NCBI GenBank assembly: GCA_023230755.1
Contig: JALNWS010000001.1
Span: forward strand, 1-48,314
DNA: 48,314 nucleotides
Reading direction: 5' to 3'
Origin: Azoarcus sp.
GTDB taxonomy: Bacteria; Pseudomonadota; Gammaproteobacteria; Burkholderiales; Rhodocyclaceae
The translations under genes and the position numbers were made by a program. Shown in pieces: positions 40,704 to 47,598 of the stretch (position 1 is the first letter of the stretch; each line of letters starts with the position of its first letter). The notes beneath the pieces were generated by a model. The model saw only the letters and a list, made by a program, of their open reading frames with translations, ran no database searches and was not told where the DNA came from.

Positions 40704-40722
40704 TGGCGGAAGCTCAGGAATC
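40704..40722 (-). other. att site: displaced 3' fragment of a tRNA, probably tRNA-Ser
   Basis: Minus strand GATTCCTGAGCTTCCGCCA resembles a tRNA-Ser T-arm/acceptor/G-CCA end. It is followed by a terminator and adjacent to the integrase; no 5' tRNA body is present. Confidence 0.75.
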
Positions 40723-40839
40723 CGTAATGATGCTATATGAGACATATTGAGACGCCAAACAAGCACTATAAACGCTTGTTTTTATGGCTATCACTGTCTC
40801 AAACTGCATCATCACGCATTAGACAATCGCAACGATTTA

Positions 40840-40860
40840 TGTAGAATGATGCGTAGAACA
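40840..40860 (+). repeat. Putative integrase arm-type binding direct repeats
   Basis: TGTAGAAT...GCGTAGAACA (GTAGAA at a 12-bp period) just upstream of int; TGAGAC/GTCTCA repeats lie between these and the core. Confidence 0.6.
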
Positions 40861-40879
40861 ACAGCAGGACATACGCATC

Positions 40880-42127
40880 ATGGGACGTGCTCACAAGCTC
40901 ACATTGCTAGGCGTTGAACGTCAGAGAATCGCCGGCCTATATGGCGACGGCGCAGGACTCTGGCTCAAGGTCACGACGGGTGGCAGCAAAAGCTGGATTC
41001 TCCGTTACAGGTCAGCAGGTCGCGAACGGTGGGCAGGTCTCGGACCTTATCCTGACGTGGGACTCGCCGAGGCTCGCGAGAAGGCAAGCGAATATCGAAA
41101 GAAGGTCCGGGCGGGAATAGATCCGCTGGACGAGAAGCACGAACAGGACGCAGCCTCCCGCGTTGCTCGCGCCAAGTCCGTAACCTTCGACTGGTGCGCC
41201 CAACAGTACATCGACGCCCACAAGGCCGGATGGAAGAACCCGAAGCACATCGATCAATGGCGTAACACCCTCGCCACCTACGCAAGTCCGACAATCGGAA
41301 AACTCGACGTTGCAAAGATCGACACCGCGCACATTATGAAAGTGCTGCAGGATGACGACCTATGGACGACGAAGGCTGAGACTGCAAGCCGGCTTAGAGG
41401 GCGAATTGAATCCGTTCTCGGATGGTCGACGACTCGCAATTTCAGATCCGGAGAGAACCCGGCACGCTGGCGCGGACACCTCGAAAACCTGCTGCCCCAC
41501 AAATCGAAGATCCAGAAAGTAAAGCACCATGCCGCCCTGCCTTGGCCTGAAGCCAGCACATTCGTGGCAGACCTTCGGAAGCAGGCCGGTGTAGGCGCAC
41601 GCGCTCTTGAGTTCGCCATTCTGACCGCTGCCCGCTCTGGCGAGGTTCGCGGCATGACATGGGGCGAGGTCGATTTGACCGCAGGCGTCTGGATCGTCCC
41701 TGCTGATCGGATGAAAGCCGGCAACGAGCACCGCGTACCGCTTACGCAGCAGGCCGTAAAGGTATTGGAGGCGATCAGGATCGACGACGCCAAGGCGACC
41801 GACCTCGTATTCCCAGGCGTTCGATCCGGCAAGCCGCTATCAGATATGACGCTCGGCGCAGTTCTCAAGCGAATGGACCGACCAGACCTCACTGCGCACG
41901 GTTTCCGCTCAACCTTTCGCGATTGGGCAGCAGAGGCCACAGACTACCCTCGCGACATGGCAGAAATGGCACTCGCGCACACCGTATCCGATAAGGTCGA
42001 AGCAGCCTATCGCCGTGGGGATATGTTCGAGAAGCGCCGCAAGATGATGGCGGATTGGGCAGCACACTGCGAAAAGACCACAAAGACCGGCGAAGAAGTT
42101 TCGCCACAAGAGGAACCCGCCGCCTGA
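40880..42127 (+). CDS. P4-like tyrosine integrase
   Basis: N-terminal arm-binding domain (DGAGLWLKV...GSKSWILRY...LGPYPDVGLAEAR); catalytic R (TAARSGE), K, HGFR, LAH, AY. Confidence 0.95.
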   Translation: MGRAHKLTLLGVERQRIAGLYGDGAGLWLKVTTGGSKSWILRYRSAGRERWAGLGPYPDVGLAEAREKASEYRKKVRAGIDPLDEKHEQDAASRVARAKSVTFDWCAQQYIDAHKAGWKNPKHIDQWRNTLATYASPTIGKLDVAKIDTAHIMKVLQDDDLWTTKAETASRLRGRIESVLGWSTTRNFRSGENPARWRGHLENLLPHKSKIQKVKHHAALPWPEASTFVADLRKQAGVGARALEFAILTAARSGEVRGMTWGEVDLTAGVWIVPADRMKAGNEHRVPLTQQAVKVLEAIRIDDAKATDLVFPGVRSGKPLSDMTLGAVLKRMDRPDLTAHGFRSTFRDWAAEATDYPRDMAEMALAHTVSDKVEAAYRRGDMFEKRRKMMADWAAHCEKTTKTGEEVSPQEEPAA

Positions 42128-42204
42128 CGGTTTCAGGTGAAGCGGGCAGCGACGGTCTAGACCACCATCGCCGCCCTAACCATTTGCAAAAGGAGATTCA
42201 CATC

Positions 42205-42495
42205 ATGGCTAAGTCCAATCATACCAAAGTGACCACAACGCCAACGCCCGAACTTGATCGCGAGGATCACATCACCAGGATCAAAAACATCCGATCCGCC
42301 CTACTGATCGGACTTGCATCATTTGGAGAGGTTGATCGACTAACAAACCGCGCTGAAGTGCTCGAATCGTATGGCGATGCGCTGCCCGATGGCATGAGAC
42401 CGATTCACCCGACGATGTGTCATGAAACGGTGGGGGAGTTTGCCGAGGCATTGCGCGCGCTCGACCTCATGGAAGAGATGCCACTGGCCGGATAA
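42205..42495 (+). CDS. Hypothetical protein (96 aa)
   Basis: AAGGAG RBS before MAKSNHTK; acidic helical ORF co-oriented with int. Confidence 0.65.
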   Translation: MAKSNHTKVTTTPTPELDREDHITRIKNIRSALLIGLASFGEVDRLTNRAEVLESYGDALPDGMRPIHPTMCHETVGEFAEALRALDLMEEMPLAG

Positions 42496-42525
42496 CCGCC
42501 CCTCATTACTCAAGCAGTCAGATCA

Positions 42526-42582
42526 TGCCGCCCCTAGCTCGACGGAGCGAAAAGCCGGGAACCCTGCCGGCCTGGGGTGGCA
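42526..42582 (+). ncRNA. int-alpA-like structured RNA motif (three-way junction)
   Basis: TGCCGCCCC-tag-CTC-gacg-GAG-cgaaaa-GCCGG-gaaccctg-CCGGC-ct-GGGGTGGCA forms P1/P2/P3 stems; it lies between int and alpA, the context known for this motif. Confidence 0.65.
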
Positions 42583-42612
42583 CCTTTTGTCAGGGCGCTA
42601 TGGGTGCGAAAA

Positions 42613-43284
42613 ATGAATAACCAGATCAAGCAAGACGCGGAAGTTCGCTCCGCACTATCTTCATTATTAGTAGAAATAAACTCTGCAATTAGCCGACCTC
42701 TCCGCAATGAAACACTTTCAAGAATTAAATCACTAATTGATGATTTTGATAGGCTGATCGCAAGCAAGCAAGCGAATCAGTACAAGGAAGAAATTCAAAA
42801 CAGAAATCTCTCGAACGATGAGTTATTGGCTATTGCGTGTAACTTGAAGCTTGAGCTTGTACTGATCAACAGAAGACTTTCTCCAATGAAGAAAAGGATT
42901 CAAGAATACAAGCAAATGGAGATCGCCATTATCAAAGGCAAGTCAATCGAAGATGTGGCTGACAGGCTCGACAGCACATCATATCGACAGGCTGAAGCCA
43001 TGGCAGAAAAACTATTTAGTCTGAAAATTCACGCTGAATCGGAAGCAAAAACAAAATCTGCAAAGCACTCTTTATCGCAGCGAAAAGACATGAAAGAGCA
43101 CGAGCCGTTTAAGGCCTTTTGTAGGCAATTACTTAAAAAAGGCATCAAAATAGAGAAGTTAAAACACATTACTAGCGCAGAAGGTTATGACAAAAAGTTT
43201 GACAAAATATCTGATCGAAAGAGACGGGAAATAGCTAGAAGCCTCGGCATTGTCTTTACGGCAGGAGCAGACAAGAAAGGTTAA
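42613..43284 (+). CDS. Hypothetical AT-rich, Lys-rich protein (223 aa)
   Basis: Long ORF in the most AT-rich part of the window; helical N-terminus and basic C-terminus; start taken at MNNQIK. Confidence 0.7.
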   Translation: MNNQIKQDAEVRSALSSLLVEINSAISRPLRNETLSRIKSLIDDFDRLIASKQANQYKEEIQNRNLSNDELLAIACNLKLELVLINRRLSPMKKRIQEYKQMEIAIIKGKSIEDVADRLDSTSYRQAEAMAEKLFSLKIHAESEAKTKSAKHSLSQRKDMKEHEPFKAFCRQLLKKGIKIEKLKHITSAEGYDKKFDKISDRKRREIARSLGIVFTAGADKKG

Positions 43285-43295
43285 GTATCTGCGCA

Positions 43296-43323
43296 ATCTA
43301 GATGATGCATGATTCATCTAGAT
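43296..43323. promoter_or_regulatory. Inverted repeat in the alpA promoter region
   Basis: ATCTAGATGA-N8-TCATCTAGAT; further TCATCA/TGATGA repeats before the alpA start. Confidence 0.5.
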
Positions 43324-43393
43324 CAGGGAGTATCAGCATCATATATATCTAGCTAGTCTTCAAATCATCAACAAATGATGAGGACTGGCGAAA

Positions 43394-43615
43394 ATGGAAT
43401 CAGCCTATTTACCCGACTCGGCGCGTCACTTCGATAGCCTGCCGGACTCCGCCCGAATTGACATTGCAACGATGATTGCAGTCGTGGGCAGAAGCCGCGC
43501 AAGCGTCTATCGCTATATCGACAAAGGCATTCTCCCAAGACCTCGAAAACTCGCAGGCACTCAAAACTCTTGGATAGTCGGAGAGGTTCGCAAAGCATTG
43601 GCCGCTAAAAATTGA
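43394..43615 (+). CDS. alpA: AlpA-family regulator / excisionase
   Basis: 73 aa: IDIATMIAVVGRSRASVYRYIDKGILPRPRKL....SW..GEV. Confidence 0.88.
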   Translation: MESAYLPDSARHFDSLPDSARIDIATMIAVVGRSRASVYRYIDKGILPRPRKLAGTQNSWIVGEVRKALAAKN

Positions 43616-43625
43616 GGGCGCGTCA

Positions 43626-43814
43626 ATGACTGAAAAAGAAAAGGGCACGAACCCTTTCGAGTGCGCACCCTCTGGCAAATCCACAGCCAATCTTAGCACC
43701 GACAATCAACACAATCCACCCGCCGATATTGATCCGGTGATGGGTTGGCACGCGCTGGCAAAAGCCGCTCGACTTGCACAAGATCGCAAGCGCGGAAAGC
43801 GGGGTGCGCGATGA
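43626..43814 (+). CDS. Small hypothetical protein (62 aa)
   Basis: GAGG RBS; ATGA-coupled to the next gene; basic C-terminus. Confidence 0.55.
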   Translation: MTEKEKGTNPFECAPSGKSTANLSTDNQHNPPADIDPVMGWHALAKAARLAQDRKRGKRGAR

Positions 43815-44215
43815 ATGTCGATTACATCCTCGACCAACTTGAGCGCGTTCGCCGCATCAAGCCCGATCAATGGGTGGCTTGCTGCCCTGCTCACGCGGAC
43901 AGTTCGCCAAGCCTTGCAATCCGAGATACCGGCGAAAAGCTGTTAATGCGCTGCTATGCCGGATGCACCTTCCAAGAGATTGCCGACGCCCTTGGAATGC
44001 ACCCACGCGAATTCTTTCGAGACAGCAAAGAGCCAAAATCAGGCATTCCAGGCATTTCACGGCGGGACATATACCGAGATCTTACCGTTGAGTTGATGAC
44101 CGCTTACGTGGTCACTCGCGACCGCGCAGAGGGCAAGCAGATTGCTGCGAATGACGTGGAACGCGAAAAGCTCGCATGGCAGCGAATCTCCAAGGCTATG
44201 GGGGTGCTCAAGTGA
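43811..44215 (+). CDS. Primase-type zinc-finger protein (CHC2-like), stand-alone
   Basis: WVACCPAHADSSPSLAI...LLMRCYAGC; start at MNVDYI. Confidence 0.8.
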   Translation: MNVDYILDQLERVRRIKPDQWVACCPAHADSSPSLAIRDTGEKLLMRCYAGCTFQEIADALGMHPREFFRDSKEPKSGIPGISRRDIYRDLTVELMTAYVVTRDRAEGKQIAANDVEREKLAWQRISKAMGVLK

Positions 44216-45486
44216 CCGGATCCATCCTCGACACACTGCCCGATGCTGAAATCAAGCCCGAGTCCGGACTGAACCTCGTTTCGGTGACAGACCTATTCAG
44301 CATCCAGCCGGAACCGCCAGCATTCTGGATCGACGGTCTGCTGCCTGAGCGCGTTGTCACATTGTTGGGTGCGCACGGCGGAACGGGCAAAACCATGCTC
44401 GGCCTGATCGCAGCCGCATGCCTGGCGACCGGACGCACATTCATGGGCAAGGCTACCCGCCGCGCTCGCGTGGTGTTCTACAGCGGAGAAGATCCCGCCC
44501 AAGTGCTGCGATGGAGGCTCGCACAAATCTGCCGTGAGTATGCCATCGACCCTAACGAACTGGACGGATGGCTAACGGTAATCGACGCTACCGAAGGCGA
44601 CCCGACGCTTTACACCGAGATCCTGGACGGTGGAACCCGGCACGGCATCACGACGCACGCATACAACAGCCTGCGATCCATTTCGGATAGCGGTGCAGAA
44701 GTATTCATTATCGACAACGCATCGGATGCCTACGACGCCGACGAGAATCAGCGCGCCCGCGTAAGGGGTTTTATCCGGTCACTTGCGCACTTGGTAAAGC
44801 AACAAGCTGGTGCTGTTCTGCTACTTGCTCACGTCGATAAATCGACCGCCAAGGGCTTCGGAGGCTCGGAGGGATACTCAGGCTCAACCGCTTGGCACAA
44901 CAGCGTCAGAAGCCGCCTATTCATGTCTGAGGACGATTCAGGCCTGTTGCTTGAGCACCAGAAAAGCAACCTCGGCAAAAAGTCCGATCCGATCCGAATG
45001 GAATGGTCAGAAAGGGGCGTTCTAGTTCAATCGAACGCTGCCGGCGACTGTCTCGGCCTGATTGCGTCCGCTCACCGCATAGCAGTCATCCAGATGCTTG
45101 CCGAGTTCTACGACCGCGGCGAATACATCCCGACATCACCGAACGCAGCAGGCAACGCTTACAGGCGACTGAAGGACGAGCATAGCTTTCCGGCAAGAAT
45201 GAAAAGCGGCGACTTCTACCGACTCCTGCGTGACATCGAACGATCTGGATTCATTGAACGCGAGACCTACAAAAACGCAAGCCGGCACGACCGCGAAAGG
45301 TGGCTTGTAACTGAGGCAGGAAGGCGACTTGCGACGGGTGCGCCAAGTGCGCGCCAAGTTGAACCTATAACACCTAGCGCACAGGCGCGCCAAGTGCGCC
45401 AAGTGCTAGGGGGGTATGGGGGGGAGAGCGCGCGCATTTACCCGGCGCAAGTGGGTAATGAGTGGGAGGCGAAGTCATGCCTTTGA
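44212..45486 (+). CDS. RepA-type (AAA_25/RecA-fold) replicative helicase
   Basis: Walker A GAHGGTGKT, SGED, Walker B IIDN, LLAH..K, YSGSTAW.NSVRSR, K.N; GTG start overlapping the upstream stop. Confidence 0.85.
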   Translation: MTGSILDTLPDAEIKPESGLNLVSVTDLFSIQPEPPAFWIDGLLPERVVTLLGAHGGTGKTMLGLIAAACLATGRTFMGKATRRARVVFYSGEDPAQVLRWRLAQICREYAIDPNELDGWLTVIDATEGDPTLYTEILDGGTRHGITTHAYNSLRSISDSGAEVFIIDNASDAYDADENQRARVRGFIRSLAHLVKQQAGAVLLLAHVDKSTAKGFGGSEGYSGSTAWHNSVRSRLFMSEDDSGLLLEHQKSNLGKKSDPIRMEWSERGVLVQSNAAGDCLGLIASAHRIAVIQMLAEFYDRGEYIPTSPNAAGNAYRRLKDEHSFPARMKSGDFYRLLRDIERSGFIERETYKNASRHDRERWLVTEAGRRLATGAPSARQVEPITPSAQARQVRQVLGGYGGESARIYPAQVGNEWEAKSCL

Positions 45487-45522
45487 CTCACGAACCCGGC
45501 GCAAGAAACGATCACTTGGCGC
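45340..45522. repeat. Iteron cluster, putative replication origin
   Basis: GCGCCAAGT at 45340, 45351, 45387 and 45396; inverted copy ACTTGGCGC at 45514; ACCCGGCGCAAG at 45440 and 45494; G-tracts in between. Confidence 0.75.
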
Positions 45523-45641
45523 ACCTCTGGAAGATCACAACCAGGGGCAGACCTCCATTTCTCGTGTGGTGCGTACAAGGTGCGACTGCTGACGAGATGC
45601 TGACCATTTGGACGGGTGCGACCGTGGAGGCCATGCGATGA
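45477..45641 (+). CDS. Small hypothetical protein (54 aa), not in the ORF track
   Basis: GGGAGG RBS; MPLTHEPGARNDHLAHLWKITTRGRPPFLVWCVQGATADEMLTIWTGATVEAMR*. Confidence 0.5.
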   Translation: MPLTHEPGARNDHLAHLWKITTRGRPPFLVWCVQGATADEMLTIWTGATVEAMR

Positions 45642-45919
45642 AGATCGACCAGGCCAAAGCGATGAAATGCCCGCGCTATCGCCTTTCCCGCGAACAAAAA
45701 AACAGCGCGCCCGACTGCCTCACAAACGGCCATTTTCGGACTATGGCGGAGGTAGAGACCTCCATCAATCCGCTACATGCCTTTGCTGGCTTGATGCACT
45801 TCGTAAAAACGCCCTCTGTTCTACGGAGTGTTCTACGCGCTCACCTACTGAGCGCCTGCGACCTGCACTCACGAACCCATACCAAACCCGCCCAGGCCGG
45901 ACGCCTGGAACTCATGTAA
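45638..45919 (+). CDS. Possible small ORF running across the internal att-like site
   Basis: GGAGG RBS and ATGA coupling (MKIDQAKAMKCPRY...); the 3' half overlaps att-like non-coding signals. Confidence 0.3.
   Translation: MKIDQAKAMKCPRYRLSREQKNSAPDCLTNGHFRTMAEVETSINPLHAFAGLMHFVKTPSVLRSVLRAHLLSACDLHSRTHTKPAQAGRLELM
45744..45838. other. Internal att-like site (degenerate tRNA-Ser-end core plus arm repeats)
   Basis: TGGCGGAGGTAGAG (10/14 match to the left core) followed by TGTTCTACG-gag-TGTTCTACGC, the reverse complement of the int-proximal arm repeat with the same 12-bp period. Confidence 0.55.
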
Positions 45920-45932
45920 AGGAAACACCGAA

Positions 45933-46277
45933 ATGACTGATCAAGCAACCCTTATCGCCAACCGCTCAACCGCTGGATCCGCATATATCGCTGCAGCACA
46001 GGCATTGCGCGACGCATACATCGAACTTGCCGCGCTGGACAAAGCATCGACCAGCGGGGCTTTCTTTCCTGGCTATGTCCCGCTAAACGAAGCGGGAGCC
46101 CCCTACAACGTCGGGCCAGCAAGCTACACCAACTTGCATTCCAATATTCCGTTCTCGCAGAACACGCGAACATTTTCTGCCCCTCTTGAGATTCCGGAGC
46201 ACCCCGACTTCCCTCTCCCCTCGTGGCCTAACTTTGGCGACAAGATCAAGTCGCGCCTTGAACAGTTGATCGCCTAA
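45933..46277 (+). CDS. Hypothetical protein (114 aa)
   Basis: AAGGA RBS; helical N-terminus, Pro/aromatic-rich C-terminus; leads the ter operon. Confidence 0.7.
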   Translation: MTDQATLIANRSTAGSAYIAAAQALRDAYIELAALDKASTSGAFFPGYVPLNEAGAPYNVGPASYTNLHSNIPFSQNTRTFSAPLEIPEHPDFPLPSWPNFGDKIKSRLEQLIA

Positions 46278-46286
46278 GGAGCTCCC

Positions 46287-47027
46287 ATGGAAATTCAAAT
46301 CGCAACCCACAAAATCGACCTGCCAGAACTCCCGGATAGCACAACCAACGCACTACCGGTCGCTGCATTCTGGGCTGCTGCAGATGCCGCGAATCGCTTC
46401 CACTCCGAAAGTGTTCGAATTGGAGAAGACCCATTCCTAAGCGACGCCGGAAAGGCCGCAAAGATCCTTCCACTTGCTGATCAATTGATTCGGCAGATGT
46501 TGGTGAGTACCGAGAACATCATTAACGACAGCGCGCATTGGAATAGCCGCGAAGCAGCGCTACTAGACGTCGGTGCCCCTACAAGTCAGAACGAAATCGA
46601 CCGTGACCGAGAGATCAGGTCATGGTGGAGATCAGCCACCCCAGAAGTACGGGAACGCGTGATGCGTGACGTCGAGGCAGGCCCTGAGCACGGAGAGCTT
46701 GTGCGGGCAATTCTACGTAGTCCGATCCCCGATGTTGCGGACCTGGAAAAAAAGCATTTTCGTTCAATGCACAACCAGATCCGCAGGCTTGACAACCCAA
46801 ACGAGGCGGTCGCCATCGAAACGGGAAGGCATGCCCATGAATGGGCGCAGCGGGGTATGGGTCACGTCACCGGGATTATCAAGAACGTCACCGGAAAAAG
46901 TACTGAGTCGATTTGCCGCGCGGCGATCTTGGCAGGTCATGAGAAAGCAGCGAATCAGATTTTTGGCACAACAGCAGTAGCGCACGCCAGAGCCGCCATT
47001 GCAGCAGAGCAGCGCCGAGTGGCGTAA
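46287..47027 (+). CDS. Hypothetical alpha-helical protein (246 aa)
   Basis: TAAGGAG RBS; long ORF co-oriented upstream of terS. Confidence 0.75.
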   Translation: MEIQIATHKIDLPELPDSTTNALPVAAFWAAADAANRFHSESVRIGEDPFLSDAGKAAKILPLADQLIRQMLVSTENIINDSAHWNSREAALLDVGAPTSQNEIDRDREIRSWWRSATPEVRERVMRDVEAGPEHGELVRAILRSPIPDVADLEKKHFRSMHNQIRRLDNPNEAVAIETGRHAHEWAQRGMGHVTGIIKNVTGKSTESICRAAILAGHEKAANQIFGTTAVAHARAAIAAEQRRVA

Positions 47028-47038
47028 AGGAAATTGAG

Positions 47039-47152
47039 ATGACCGACACCCATCGCCCAACTATCGATGTAAAGCCTACGGACGCTCCGGACGCTGCATA
47101 TCGACTGGCACGCGGTGGGTTTCCTGCCAGATCCCGCAGGAGGCCCATCTAA
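47039..47152 (+). CDS. Possible small basic peptide (37 aa)
   Basis: AAGGA RBS; MTDTHRPTIDVKPTDAPDAAYRLARGGFPARSRRRPI*; stop overlaps the terS ATG (TAATG). Confidence 0.35.
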   Translation: MTDTHRPTIDVKPTDAPDAAYRLARGGFPARSRRRPI

Positions 47153-47598
47153 TGCCCCGCAAACCGCTTCTAGAAGCCCCGAGCAAGACCGCAGCAGGCA
47201 AGACCATAGGACGCCCGCGTAAAGAGCCGCCAGAGGGCGCTGCAGAGCTAATAAAGGCATCCGCCGCTGACGGCTTCTCCGTTGTCGGCATTGCCATGCT
47301 GATGGGGTGCAACAAGGAGTGCTTGAACCGCTGGATGAACGAGCATCCGGACCTCAAGCAAGCATTCGAGTTCGGTCGCGAGCAGGAACGGCAAGCACTT
47401 CACAACAAGCTCTATCGATACGCCACCGAGGGCACGGGCAGGGACAGCATCATTGCCGCCATTTTCCTGCTTAAAGCCCGCCATTCCTATAAGGAAGGCG
47501 CGGACGTTGGCGAATCGAATGCCCGCGTACAGATCGACATCCGCCTGCCTGGTGCGCTCCCTCCTACCCAGTACGCAGAGGTAATCGAGAATGAATGA
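47152..47598 (+). CDS. Terminase small subunit-like HTH protein
   Basis: GRPRK, HTH-like IAMLMGCNKECLNRWMNEHPDLKQAF, AAIFLLKAR, C-terminal beta strand; overlaps terL by 8 bp. Confidence 0.7.
   Translation: MPRKPLLEAPSKTAAGKTIGRPRKEPPEGAAELIKASAADGFSVVGIAMLMGCNKECLNRWMNEHPDLKQAFEFGREQERQALHNKLYRYATEGTGRDSIIAAIFLLKARHSYKEGADVGESNARVQIDIRLPGALPPTQYAEVIENE

Noticed and set aside
40661-40800. Intact tRNA gene next to the integrase
   Set aside because: Only about 19 nt of a 3' end are present; no D arm, anticodon arm or 5' acceptor strand is found.
45340-45522. CRISPR-like array
   Set aside because: Repeats are 9-12 bp with irregular spacing and there are no cas genes; better explained as iterons.
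45486-45878. 12-bp direct repeat ACTCACGAACCC at 45486 and 45867 as a target-site duplication
   Set aside because: No transposase or terminal repeats between the copies; could be chance, so not called.
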